A stretch of 64,000 nucleotides of DNA, taken from Catajapyx aquilonaris. Its lineage: Eukaryota. Below are positions 31,201 to 44,388 of this stretch, piece after piece. Within the stretch, counting starts at the first letter, position 1. Every line of letters starts with the position of its first letter. The notes beneath the pieces are model-generated. The model did no database searches and was not told the DNA's origin. It saw only the letters and a list, made by a program, of their open reading frames with translations. The position numbers and the translations under genes are program-made. The stretch covers positions 1 to 64,000 of the forward strand of contig KZ538399.1 in NCBI GenBank assembly GCA_000934665.2. The letters are read 5' to 3'.

Positions 31201-34200
31201 ATTGTGATCTTATCCCATAGGTGCTGGAGGTGAAGGGTATTTACACCACACATTCTTCTTGATGATGCGCATAAAAAGTCACCTCATCCATGAAACAAAC
31301 CTGCCGTAGGAAAGTTTCATTTGTTCAGCCCCCAGTGTGCGAAGTCTTGAATGAGAAGTTTCCCAATGCCTAGCACCTCCAGAAGCCCAGATCTTACCCC
31401 GATGGACTTTTTTGTGGAGATACATGTATGGTGAAAAGATTCGGCATCACTAGCACCTATGGCATAGGATCGCAATGGTGACTTCAGACATGTCAGATTG
31501 GGTTAGTCACGAAACCGATTACCATATTTCAATTTTTAGAGCTACAAATGAAGTTCATATCGAAACAAACGTAAGGGAGACCAAAACTTGAAACATTTAT
31601 TAGCATTTCAAAATTTAAATCATTAAGGGCCCTGCCACACTAGGACGGAATTTCCGTCGACCGTGCTGCCGCATTGCGGCCCTTTCAGCAACCAATCCCC
31701 TGGTTTCCATGCCAGAAAAGGCGTTTTTTTCCGTCGGTAGTGTGGCATTCCCCCGGCCGAATCAATGTATTGCAATGGGATTATTGTCCCCGACCGAATC
31801 GGCGGCCAATTTTTTCCGTCGTGTCTTCGGTTGGTGCTTGACGGAAGGACGGAAAATCTGTTGTGTGTGTCACATCCCGACGGAATCCTGTTTACTTCCA
31901 TGTATTTGATTTTTTGAGTGGAATGCGACGGAAATTCCGTCTAGTGTGGCAGGGGCCTAAGATATGTCTACACGTTTTCGAGTATAGGCTTTTAAAATTA
32001 GGACATTCTTTTTCGATGACCCTGTATAACAAAAATGTGCTTGTATGTTTCAAAATTTACCTCACACCCTCATTGGCTAATAAAATGTCTTGTATGCACT
32101 TAAGCCCTGCTAGTGCTCTGAGGGAGAGGGGAGTTGTGCATGGATCAGTATGTTACTCTGAACAGCACATATCTGGCGGATGCACTTGGGCACAGGAGTA
32201 CCACCTTGATGCAATAGTATCTGCAACATTACCACTGATACAAAATGTGAGCTAACTTCTGAAATGCATTGCCTAAAATACCTGCAAGTTATAGTAGTAA
32301 AAGGACCCGAGCCAATAGTGATGGTGCAGCAATGCCATGTCCCACAATTCACTGATAGTCACCATGTTTCATGCTGCTCTTAGCTCCTTCACTTCATGTT
32401 TTTTTCAGGTGCTATAATAATTTTTGTTTGTTGATTGTTTTCTGCAATGCCTATAAAATACTCATTGCATTGTGAATTCAGTTGGATGGCATGCTGAAAC
32501 TGATTGACGAAATTAAAGGTGATAAAAATTTATGATGATAGTGCAAGGTATTCATTTAATTTTAACCAGGTTGTATTTTGATTCAAATTTTTAAATAGTG
32601 CAAGAGCTCTGTTGATTAAGTTCAATTTTTTAATTGTACGAGGGTTGATTCATAAGTCATGGCGCGTATTTTTTAATTCAAAAATGGTAACATATACAGA
32701 GATGACCTTTGCTGAGTTTTTAAGATCCGGTGATTACATTTTTTTTTTTTTTTTTTAGATATACCCCGTGCTAGAGCCATGGGCTCTCTTAGGGGAGTGG
32801 AATACCACTATGTGCAGGGACAGGGTGGGGATAGGAGGGGGGGACACTGGTGCATGTGCAATGTCATCAAGTTGGGGGTCGTGTGCAGTCCCTCAGGGGA
32901 CCCGTTCGCCAAGATGACCCCCTAGATGCGGGTTAGAAACCCCCGACTAACCCGCACCTCCTCCAGGACAGGGAGAGGAAGGAAGCGGCTGTGGCCTATT
33001 TTACGGTACGATCCCGGAAATTATTCCTGGGGCGACCTTGGAAAACCACAGAAAACCAAGGTCAGGACCGCCGGCCTCCGGGACTCGAACCCAGGACCTC
33101 CCGATTAGCAGTCGGATACCAAATCCCCTCCGCCACTACTGCTTCGGTCGGTGATTACAATTTGATCTGGCATATAGATGTCGCCCATATCGTGGGGGGT
33201 GGGGAAACAAATGGGGAATGTGACCCCCCCACCGCACCGCACCATCGCCCTGAGACAGCCTGAGCCTGACGCGCTTGGAGCTGTCAGACATTGCGTGCTG
33301 GACACTCGCCGATGGACAACACGGGAGCTTGATTTCGAGTGTGGGACAAGTCAGAGCACTATGCTTAGGACTCTGAAAGACTGAAAGGTCTCAGGAAGTT
33401 GGCATCCTCACGCATTCCTCGCCACCTCTTTGAAGTGAAAAAGTGCCACCATTTTCCCCTCGCTTGAAACTCTATCGCATGGGGATGGTTTTTTAAAACT
33501 GTCTGTGGCAATGGATGACACATGGCTATGGTCATAGTGCTCTGACTTGTCCCACACTTGAAAGCAAGCTCCAGTGTTGTCCATCTCCGAGTGTCCCGCA
33601 TGCAGCGTCCAACAGCTCCAAGCATGTCAGACTCGTGCCTTCTTAGGCCGATGGTGCGGTGAGGGGGGGTCACGATCCCCTTTTGTTTTCCAGCCCCTTT
33701 GCGATATGGGCGACATCTATAAGCCAGATAAAATTGTAATCGCTGATCTTCAAAACTCAGCAAAGGTCATCTCTGTATGTGTTACCGGTTTTGAATAAAA
33801 AAATACGCTCCATGACTTATGAATCAACCCTCGTATATTGAGTGACCTGAATGCTGAGGACATGGTCCTGGGGGTTGATTCACAAAGTATGTTGTGATCA
33901 TATGTGTTAACATGTTTTATGCTACATTAAAAAAAAGTTTCAGGTATGACTCACCTAGATATCAATTGTGTATTATTCTAACACATTTTTCTGCCCTGCA
34001 GCTTACACTGGCTACATAACAGAGACAAATGGATCCCAGCTTGGGTCAGAAACTGTGGTTGTGGGCAGTGATTCAACATCCTCTTTTGAGGAGGTGAGCG
34101 GCAGCGAGGTGACCCGTGCCATGATTGCACCTCCTCACAGCCCTTCCCACCAGTCAGATGCCGGTTCAGACACCCTAACTACTATTACCTTAGCTTCTGA

Positions 34201-35280
34201 GACTTCCAAGACTGGGGACAAGGACACTGAGAACAATGCAGATGAATCTAGCAGCCGTCGCAGTTCTCGTCAATATGTGTCTGACTTTCTCCAGAAATAC
34301 ATACTGGACACTGATGGAAAGGTTCCTCTGCTCAGGAGTGAGTCAATGGGAAGCGACCCAGATGAGCAGGTGCTTTTTGAGGTGCCATCAGCCGAGTTGG
34401 GCACTAGTCTTCCTAGCAGGTTGGGTCAGGCAGCAAGTCGAATGGCAAGTGGGATTGCAAACAAGTTCCGGATTGGTAAATCAGGAGGAGGAGGTGGATT
34501 GGGCCCAGTAGAGAAGCCAAGGACGCTGCATGTTGGGGCGGCACAGCTGGACTCGCATGTGCCAAGGAGTCCTTCCGAGGAGTTCCGATTCTCAGTACCA
34601 CAGGATCACTACCTGAGTCCCTACCTGGCTGGGGATGATGTTCTTAAGCAGCTGCCTCCTATTAACCTTGTGGTAAGACCATTTATATCATTGAACAAAC
34701 TCCAGTAATTTAATTACTTGTAGACGATTGCACCAACCATACCAAAGTGGTAGAGGTTCATATGAAACCTGTGCTACTAGGTGGGGCCATCGGAGCCGAG
34801 AGGTAGGAAAACATGTAAGAGTGGTTTGTGCAAGCAGCCCTTAAGTGCCTAAGAATATTATAATATAGGATGACTCGTTTGTCATAGCTTTTTGTTTATG
34901 TTGCAGTTGTGGAATCCAAACTTCCACAACTGATTGGGGAATATGTCATCATGTGATTGATTATATATGAAATTATATATATTATATTATGATTATATAT
35001 GTATAATTAGATTAATTTTCTTTTGTAGACAGCATGATACTAAGACTGGACTTTTCCTCTCTCCTTTCCCTAGTCAGTTCAACTAGACCCTTGCCTGGAT
35101 GATTGCGTGATGTTTGCCAAGAAACTCCGTCGGCTAGGAAACCACGCAGGCCTTGACATACTGGACGGACTCCCTCATGGCTTTCTTAACTTCTCCATGG
35201 TGAGCAAGGAGGCATATGATGGGTCCAGGCTCTGCCTCAAGCGACTGAAGGCGCTGTTGGAGATGGATACAGATGGGTAA
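28247..35280 (+). CDS. Hsl: Hormone-sensitive lipase, 6 coding exons, ~802 aa
   Basis: Exons 28247-28677, 28938-29242, 29327-29646, 29809-30283, 34002-34672, 35074-35280. HSL N-domain motifs PGNGYRS and FYGRCLGFQF; HGGGF oxyanion motif; GDSAG nucleophile; LDPCLDD and LPHGFLNF complete the catalytic triad. Confidence 0.96.
30985..32024. mobile_element. Tc1/mariner-type non-autonomous element with long TIRs (host of a nested MITE)
   Basis: TA-CA(T/G)GGTCATCGAAAAAGAATGTCC ... GGACATTCTTTTTCGATGACCCTG-TA; a second copy of one end lies at ~49059-49215. Confidence 0.85.
31627..31957. mobile_element. PIF/Harbinger-type MITE nested in the right arm of the previous element
   Basis: TIRs GGGCCCTGCCACACTAG / CTAGTGTGGCAGGGGCC; TAA TSD on both sides. 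Confidence 0.85.
32639..33833. mobile_element. Mariner-derived foldback element
   Basis: TA-CGAGGGTTGATTCATAAGTCATGG ... CCATGACTTATGAATCAACCCTCG-TA; both arms carry a mariner HTH-like fragment (D.RRWTT.EL.F.CGTSQST). Confidence 0.85.
32739..33148 (-). mobile_element. tRNA-derived SINE inserted in the mariner foldback
   Basis: Poly-A tail (poly-T on plus), B box GGTTCGAGTCC, 11-bp TSD CGGTGATTACA at 32728-32738 and 33149-33159. Confidence 0.9.
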
Positions 35281-36502
35281 AGGTCAATCCTGTCTGTTCC
35301 TCATTTCAGTTTTGTTTCCATCTCTGTCCTCCCCCATCGTAGGGGAATTATTATTCAAGTGTTACAATGTTGCCGGTTCTTGTCATGTTGTTGCCATTGT
35401 AAATATGGTGGGGGTACATGTGCAGGGGGGGTTCAACAAGGAGGAGAGGTTAAAGTTGTTGTTTGCCATCAATGTGATATACCTGCAATATTTATTGATA
35501 AGTCTGTTGTTGAGTGCCATTATTTTATCAAGGTGTGATAGTTGTAGCCATGGTGTAAAAATGCAATACTCAACTTGATGCCATAAATTATTCTTCCCAT
35601 TCCAATTTTTGTGTGGAGAGACTTCCATTGAGTTATTCTAGCAATACACAGGTTGTTATTTATTCCTTTGGTGCTATTTGTCACAACGAGGAGAACAACA
35701 AGCCTGCTTGATAGGTTTTAGCCCTTAAAATATGCTGCACTATATTTACTACAAGAGAAATGTAGGAATTCATAGTGAGCTCTGAATGGGAACAAACGCT
35801 GCCAGTACAGTATTTTGGAAGTGGTGTGGAAATTAGAGCATGAAATGAAACAAAGTCAGGTGTCAGGTGCATTCCTGTAAAAATGTTGCAATAAAATTAT
35901 TGTTCTCAGAGCACATGTCGTGTGATTTAAAGACAGTTATAATTAGGGACACACTTTTGTTAATATCCCTCAAGGGTTTTTGAAAAAAGTAAAGTTGCTC
36001 CTAAACTGGAAAGTGATTGTGTAGTATGGTGTCTAAATGAAAATGAAAAGCTGAGCAATGGGAAAAATTACTTTTCCATTCATCATTATGCACATAAACT
36101 GGCAGTAAGTGCCATTGTATGAAGGCAAATTGAGGTGAAAATCTGATTGTTGGATTATGTATGGTGAGTACACATAAACAATAGTAGGTTTTCCCTCATT
36201 TGCTTTCATACAACTGGCCGTAAGTCAGAAAATGTGAATCCTTCGTTATTCTGTTGCCTAAAATATGCCCTTAATGTTTTGGGGATGGGGAACTATTCAC
36301 AGCTCACCAGCTACTGCATATCCTGCAAGTACCAGAGGTCAAGTAAGAAATGCTTTATTTTTATTAATGAGCATGTTTATGGCTTAGCATAAATTATTTT
36401 GGCTTGACATTAATTTAAGCACAATTCCAACAACTGTTGCACTAGAGTCTATGAGCAATCCATATAAAATTGTCCATGGTCACTGGTAAAAACAATGGTG
36501 GG

Positions 36503-39500
36503 CTATTTGTACGCACTAAAATGGGTCCTGTCGCCCAGTTTGGGCCTGAAGCTCATGAGAGAATCATCTTTGGGCCCAAAGTAACTGTTCCAGTCAACCC
36601 AATAGTATAGTCCACTAGGTTTAGATGAACCTCCACTCTGGGGTGGTCGCAGAAGTTGGGTCAAAAATGATGTATCCGACTGATGGTTGTCTAGTGACGG
36701 AGCTTGAGGCTTGGCCTGTCCACCACCTGGGGCAGAAAGCAAGGCAGACATGAGCTGCATGGAAATTGGGTCTTCAAACAACTTCAGCAGTTGGTGGTTG
36801 AGCTGAGCAGAATTCTTTGTGGTTGATTCAGACAGGTCTGTCTGGTGCAAAAGCTCACTGAGGAAATCAACAGATTGGTCTTTCTGATTGTGTGCTTTTT
36901 TGTCCTTGGTTGTTGCTGGAGGCTGCTGCAAGTCTTGAATCAGTTTTGACAAGATGTCCAGTTCCTTGACAGCTGTGTCTTCTTCGCTGCTGACATCAGG
37001 GGGTGGTGGTGGTGGTTTCGGATGTTCTGCACTGACAAGGACAGATGGATCTCCCAAGAATCCAATCTGTTTCAACAACTCTGCCATGAGATCAGCCTGA
37101 GTTGTGCTCTGAGCTGTGGAAGTTGTTGTTGTGGTTGTTGGGGTTGATTTGGAAGGTGTTTCTTGCACTGCTTCAAATAGCTTCAGCAGGTCGTTGAAGA
37201 CGGGGTTCTGTGTTGAAGTGGTGATTGTAGTCATAGGTTTTCTTGTAGTGGTGGTTGTGGTTGGTTTTCTGGTGGTGGTGGTGGTTGTTGTAGTTGTAGT
37301 CGATGATGACGTGGAAGATGTTGCATTGCTCTGAGCCAGAGACAACACTGTGTCCATCTCGCTTAAGAGAGTCTTCAGTTGCGAATACAGAGCTAATTCA
37401 GTAGTGGTTGTGGTAGTGGTTGATGGTTCTGTGCTTGTTAGTGGCATAATCATCATCCTTTCCAATTCTTTCAGGACATTTTTAATGCGATTCTCCAGCG
37501 GCGCTTGAGTAGTGGTGGTGAGAACTGCTGCCGCAGTGCTTGGCGCAAGTGTTATGAGATGCTTCAGGGAGTTGATCTCATCAAGTAGGTTATTGAGCTT
37601 AAGATGCAGAAGAGGGTCAGCTGTTGCTTGGGTGGTGGTTGTCGGTGGCCGAGTTGTAGTAGTGGTACTTGTAGTGGTGGTTGCTGCAGGTGTGGATGTT
37701 CTCATTGTTGTCTTTGGTGACCGTGTTGCTGGAGCCACCTTCAACAATGTCTCATTGGCCACCTGATCCAGTGATCCTCTGAGTAGTGACACTAGTAGTG
37801 ATTCTCCCCAGTTTAGTTCAGTAGAGTCAATTTCTTCAGAACTGCCTTTTTCTAAACTGCCTCCATCTGTCACTGCCTGAAGAAGTTGGAACAGTTCACG
37901 TTCTGCACTCTGATCACTCTTGACTCCATCCTGTGAGCCCACTGGAATGTTCAACAGCTTTTGCAGGGATTCTAAAAATGATTCTTCTGAAGTTGCTGGT
38001 TGAGGAGTGTGTTGATGAGTGTGTGATGGAGTGTGTGGTGGGGTGGGGCGTGGAGTGGGGGGTGGTCTGTGGGTGACTTCAACAGCTGGAGCTGTAACAG
38101 GAGTTTCATTGCTAGTGATTTCTTGAATTGGTCGAGGTGTTATGTATGACACTGAGGATTTCCCTGAGGTCATTATCTGATGTATGGTGGGTAAGTAATG
38201 TTTGTTGCCTTGTTCTGTTGTCGAGTCCCATATTCCTGGGATTAAAGATGGTGACATATTACTGGTGGTAGCTTTCACTGTACTCTTAGTAGCATCATTT
38301 GTAGGATCCCAACCAGGAAACAATGAACCAAATATTGCCTTTGTGTCTTCTGTGGTTGTGGGTATCTTTGATGGTGGTAGTGTAGTTGGAGTTTTAACTG
38401 TTGGTCTTTGTGTGGTCGTTGTTATTGTAGTTGTGGTCGTTGGTCTTCTGGTGGTAGTTTGCAGTGTAGTTGTAGTAGTTGGAGTAGTGGTTGTTTGCGG
38501 TCTTTTTGTGGTCGATACTGTGGTTGGCCTTGTGGTTATGAGAGTAGTAGTGGTGGGTCTTGTGGTTGTGAAAGTAGTGGTGGTAGGTCTTTTAGTGGTT
38601 GTGAAAGTAGTAGTGGTGGGTCTCTTTGTGGTTGTGGTGGTTGTGGTAGTTGTTTGTGTTGTTGGGGTAGTTGTAACAGTGGGTCTTTTTGTGGTAGTTG
38701 TAGGGGTAGTAGGAGTGGTGGTAGTCCGTTTTTTTGTGGTTGTTGCTGGAGGAGCAGTGAAGGTTGTAAATATTGAGGACCGGTGTGTGACAGGTATCTG
38801 CGTGCCAGTGGTAGCTGTGACAGCAACTGTTTTAGTCACTGAAGCCTTGGTCCTGGGAGGCATGGTAAATGCTGGAGCAGTAAATGGAGTTACTGTCACG
38901 AATTCATTTGGTGAAAGTATGGTAGTCAGCTCAGTGTTCCAACCAGGAAATTCCCATGGATATGTACTTCCTATTCCTGGAGGTTTACGTTGCATGGTAA
39001 TACTTGGTACCATGGGAGTAGTCTGCACTGTGCTCAGTGGTACTTCATATCTCTTGCCAGCCCCAGTACTAAATGCCACATTACTGGAGCTCGTCTGACT
39101 TGTGACAACCATGTGATTTCTGTTAGTGGTAACATCCCCACCCATCTCCGTTGTTGCGTCGTCGGGACCGTCGACATAACTGACGGAATATGTGGATGGG
39201 TTGGTGACATCCGTCGTGATATACTTTCCAGGCTGAAAGCCCTTGGGAAGGACTGTCCATTTTCCCAGCACCACTGCATTGTCTGTTGCACTCTCTGGAG
39301 TCGTGACTGGCAGGTGGGACAACAGGACACCTCCCCGCACCTCATCGTCCACATATGGCGGTGAATACCTGTAGTTGTGCTCATCACCCAACCCATTCTG
39401 CATCACATCCAGTAGGTTGTCTGTGTACTCCGGTCTAGCAGGAAGTTGCAGTGTGCCATTCATATTGGCTGCAAATGGGCACAAAATTTATCATTTATCA

Positions 39501-39714
39501 ACATGGGCTTCACGAGTGACTTACCATTCAGGAGGAGGGTTGTAAGGTCAAATGGCATGGGCTCCTCTTGAGGTCGTCCTTGAGCACTCTGAAAGGAGTC
39601 GGTGTACTGAGGCAACCCAGGAACTGTCTCAGAAAATGGTGGAGCTCCAGGACTGATGGGGATGGCCATCACCTCCAAAAGGAACATCAGGAGGACCAAC
39701 GCCGTGCCCTGCAT
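36503..39714 (-). CDS. Secreted Thr/Pro-rich mucin-like protein, 2 coding exons, ~1051 aa
   Basis: Exon 39714-39525 encodes a signal peptide (MQGTALVLLMFLLEVMA); 56-nt intron GTAAGT...TTGCAG; exon 39468-36503 continues in frame with the 993-aa ORF; TTTKRP repeats; aromatic C-terminal motif GLYYWVDWNSYF..FRPKLGDRTHF. Confidence 0.85.
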
Positions 39715-41464
39715 CTTCAAGTCTTAATTTCACTGAAAGACATGAAATTAAGAGGAGAAAGGAGAAAGCACACTTTCTAAGCGGCTGATTACATGCTCTT
39801 TTAAGCCTTCCTTACCCATATAAACTATTCACATTAAAACACTAATTATGCAGACAATTGACTCCAGCTGACATGAAAGCTCCTACCCTGCTCTTACACA
39901 TTTCAAACCATAACTTGGGAGGTGTTTCCTCCACATGCAAGCATGAAAATGTAGAATGATGTTGGAAATTTCGTTTTCTATTAGAGCCTGGTGTCACCGG
40001 AGATTGGGACATGCTCTTTTCTCCTACCCTTTTCTTTTTCTTTTTCTTTCTTGGAAATTGTGTTTTTCAGGGCATCTCTAGTTCTCACCAAAGAGGAAGC
40101 CAGGGATGAGATAATAGAATAAATTACGGTACGAGAGAAATTGCGAAAAGGGCGGTGTCAAGTGCGTCGTCGACCCCAATTTCATGACGATGTGAGAACG
40201 ACTTGAACTGGCCCATTTGAACTACAGCCTTCTGCGTGGGAGTTTTTCAAAGCTTTAAATCGCATGTGTCATTGAGTGTGGTAATAGCCGGCTATCTGTT
40301 TATTTTATTTTTTAATAACCTACACTGGAATGAGGCAATAAATCTAGTAACAAATAAGGTGGGAAAATTTTGAGAGCGGATGTGAAAACTGAAAATTTTT
40401 CTTTTTGATACTAGCACATGAATAACATGATGTGCATCAGAGAACGTCTGTTATGTTCCTTCCGGTTGAGAAAGTGACCTTCTCAAGTTTTTTTTTCTCA
40501 CAAAACAAAAGCGTGTCACCCGTAACATGACGGATTAATTGAGGGCACGTGGTATACCTTTTGGCTGTAAAATTTGGAAACTTTGTGACTCGTCGGTGTT
40601 TCTAGTTCGTCACGTCCAAGTGTAAAAGGAAGCGAGTTTCACTTAAATTTATAACAGTTTTTATTATTTTTAAAAAGATTGTACAGTTTACATAAAATAT
40701 TTTTGTGGCACGTGCCTGCCGCGACAAAAACCGGACCGCAATAAATTCACTGTAACATCGGTAATAATTTCGCCAGAGTGAACTTACAGTATCGGACAGC
40801 AGGATAATGATTTTTAATTGCATTAAATCATATTTAACTAATTAAATGTAAATGCTAGATGCTCTCCTAGAAAACATGCGAATATTTTACGGAGCACAAA
40901 TTCCCGGCGAGGCAAAACACGATTCATGTAGGAGTATTCGTCACCAAGTCACGTTGCAGACAAAAAAAGGGCCCATAAAAAACGTTGTCTCCTCCCATAT
41001 TATGCAGTTATGCGGACACAGGCTATTCAATATTTTAAGTAACCAGCGCCGAAAGAAAAAGAAAAAAGTGGACACGAATCGTTTGTGCCAATCCAGTATG
41101 AACTGAGTTATGAGAGCAAATTATTTGGAACATCTCGTTCTCTTGCGCATTTAGGTGTGCATAATTGGTCAATAACTTCTGCTAGCAAGAGAAAACAAAT
41201 GGCTGACGTCTTTATTTCCTATGCAATGTAAGCCAAATTGGCGCATGTCAACAAAGCAGTGTTTTTTTTTCTTATTTTTCAATGGACGATTCCACGTAAT
41301 ATTGACCTCACCTCAGCTATCTTGAGGCATACTTTTTTTATATCTCATCAAAAACATGAGGGCGATAACCTTTATCATGCAACATCACTGTATAGTATGG
41401 AAAATAACAACTGGCAGTCACCTTATCTCAGAGTCAGTCTACGACCCATTCCGAACCTAATTGC

Positions 41465-41566
41465 CACGTGATGCATAGGATAATTTTCAGTGTGTGCCAC
41501 ATGGCACCATATAATATTATATGGTGCCATGTGGCACACACTGAAAATTATCCTATGCATCACGTG
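41465..41566. repeat. Perfect 102-bp palindrome with no spacer
   Basis: 51-bp arms, centre ATAAT|ATTAT between 41515 and 41516. Confidence 0.95.
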
Positions 41567-43357
41567 CCACATATTATGTGGGATTCTTTGCCGAACTATA
41601 CAAATTACATAAATATTCAGTATAACTAGGAGCATTCGTGATTATCGCCCTAAGCTATCACGTTATGGTTTTAGGTATGCGGTACCGCAAGATACTGGCT
41701 TGTCCAATGTGGCGATAGTCATGCCGTTAGCACCAGATCATCAAAGACAATTAGTAACAAGAACCGGTCCGGAAATAGTAACGGCCGATGCCAAAATCGT
41801 AAAGTGGCTCGCACATTTTTGTAGGCCATTAACGAGCGTGTTTCACGGGTGAAATAAGCTGTCCTACCTTCATGCCTTGAAGCGTCATGAATCCTCTTGC
41901 ACCCAATGCTGACCGCCTTACATCCTGACCCTTTGGCACATCACAACACTTACTCTCCATCATCCATCACCACATGGACCATCAGCCTCCGAACGGACAT
42001 AACGACTGTCCTTTGTCGGAGGCCACCATCCAACTAACCAAGAGACAAGCAGGAGGAACACTCAAGCCAGAAACGGGGTCATCAGGTTGTAACGGAACCT
42101 CCGGGGGCGCCTTGGCGTGAAGTCAGTCAGTCCAAGACGTTTTTATCTCATGCATTTCGTTTCCTACACTCCCTTTCCCCCCCATACTCCCATCGAGTTT
42201 TTAAAACCTAGTTAAATCTGCGGAAGTTGCGCGGCTTTTTCGGGAGAAAGGCTGTAGGAGAAAACTGATGTTTACGATTGTGTAACGTTGTTTATTGCCA
42301 TAGGAACGGGATCATCTCGTGGGAGATTTGTATGGGAGTGGGATGTGCATACTCTTGAGAGATGCTTATTCATCTGGGGGGTCATCCGATGCGGAACTGA
42401 TGTCGCGCGCAGCCAAATTTGGCGCATGCTGCGATTTTTTTTTTTTTAGATGGCTGAAGAGAAAATGGCACTTATTGGCACGAAATGTTTGGTTTTGCAA
42501 AAATTGTTGCGGTTCGAGAACCGCGGTTCATTGCGGTTAGGAGACGTTCATGGGAGTGTGACGCATGCGACGAAATATATGCAAAGTTTCCATGCGGGTG
42601 GGCAGAGTTTTGCGCGATTTTTTGAGACTTATTTTCTCTGCGAGGTAAAAGATCAGAGTGGGACTTGAAAATGGGAAGTAAGAGCGAGTTGTTTGCCCAC
42701 TTCCGTCAAATTTTTTTTCCCCCTTCAAGTTCGGTCGTCCTGTCGAATAAAAAATGAAGACGCATTGTACCGAAACCTAGACAGCTTTTGGAAAGCCTGG
42801 CACGTTTTATTTAAATGGAAAGAAGAAGAAAAAAAAGTCGAACTCGAGAAAACTTTGCCCTCCATTGAAGCAAGGGTACGTATTTGACAATTTAATTCTA
42901 CTTGCTCTCGATATTTACGCAGGTGAAATGAAACTCGATGTGGGCCGATAATTTGACAGCTGAGATTCCACTTCTCTAGTTTTCATGATGGATGGCCGGA
43001 CTTGCAAATGACTTGTCAGGTTATTCCACCTCTCAAAACGTGTTGCTGTAGGTTTTCGCTTTGGACATCATTATTTTTTATTATTGGTTCAGGGATGGTC
43101 AAGGTTGGACTTCATGCACACACCATGTTGCCATATCATACATTATTTATTCTTCCTAATACCAGACATCTCAATAGGTCATTATACATATTTATTTGTC
43201 GTAATACCAGGCAAGTTTATGCATAGTGCAGTGCATCTCACATGTACTTATTCTGTAATTTATTTGGCAATGTTGAACCTTTGTATCACAACTCAAAAAA
43301 ATATAATTGTAGACTAGTAGAATAACACAGCTTGGGGTTTTCTTTGAAGATTCATGT

Positions 43358-43759
43358 TCACTCACTAGCTGACACGTTCTTCATGAACTGGCCCAATGCA
43401 TCAGAATCCTGTAGACCTAAGAACTTGTCCACAACTCGTCCATTTCTAACTGCAACAACGGCTGGGACTGCCTTGACCTCGAAAGTCTGGACCAGCTGTG
43501 GGTTCCTCTCCACGTCCACTTTGGCCAGATGGACATCAGTCAGCTGCTCAACCATTTTCTCCAGCTTTGGAGTCAGGACACGACATGGTTCACACCAGTC
43601 TGCATGGAAGCTGACCACCACTGCCTGATCACTCTGCATCACTCGGGTCTCAAAGTCAGACTCATTTTCTATGTCAAAAATTTCTCTAGCCTGAGGTGAA
43701 ATATGTATGGAGGATGCCCTGACAGCAGGGCGAAGCAGGTGGCGAGTCAAGCGGATCAT
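43358..43759 (-). CDS. Mitochondrial-type thioredoxin (TXN2-like), single coding exon, 133 aa
   Basis: Arg-rich, acid-free presequence MIRLTRHLLRPAVRASS; thioredoxin fold with WCEPC active site, KVDVE, FEVKAVPAV, KFLG. Confidence 0.92.
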   Translation of the reverse strand: MIRLTRHLLRPAVRASSIHISPQAREIFDIENESDFETRVMQSDQAVVVSFHADWCEPCRVLTPKLEKMVEQLTDVHLAKVDVERNPQLVQTFEVKAVPAVVAVRNGRVVDKFLGLQDSDALGQFMKNVSASE

Positions 43760-44388
43760 GGTTGATGCTCACACGTACTTTGGGACCTTGTATAGCCTGT
43801 GTAAGACTCGTGGATACCTTTGGGACAAAAGAAACTGTTAAGAGAACTACAGTAGTACTTGCCAGGTTTTAAGCATTCAAGTGGATAATAGTTGCGTAAA
43901 TCGGGCTTCCAAATTACTATTGCATTCACATTTTTCAATCTCACTGCTACATTTTCCCTTTTCTGGTATAAAGCACAAGTATCTCGTATCTAATACATAT
44001 AATATCAACATCTTAATAACGGCAGCTGTGTTTTTAAAATGGATGCTATATTTTAAGCTGTGAGTGACAAAAGTAGTTACTACAACAAAAAACATTTAAT
44101 CATTTATTTTTTTGTCTAATAATTATATTTTCAGTTTTTCATTGCATGCAAATCGTGCTTCCCAGATACTTTCAAACCACAATGGCAGGAAATAATTCCT
44201 TAACCCATATAAATCATAAAAATTAACTAACTTATTTATTGTTAGCGAATTTCTTAAAATAAATATTTGGATATAGACAGAAGGAACTAACAACGTCACA
44301 AATGCATTTAACAAAACTTAAACTTTGTTGCAACTACACTAAAAACTTTCATTGATTATTATTTGACATCCCAGCACATATCAGAGGT

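Noticed and set aside
38202..39098. 298-aa Val-rich plus-strand ORF and other Val-rich ORFs at 37116-37766
   Set aside because: Antisense shadow of the Thr codons of the mucin-like gene.
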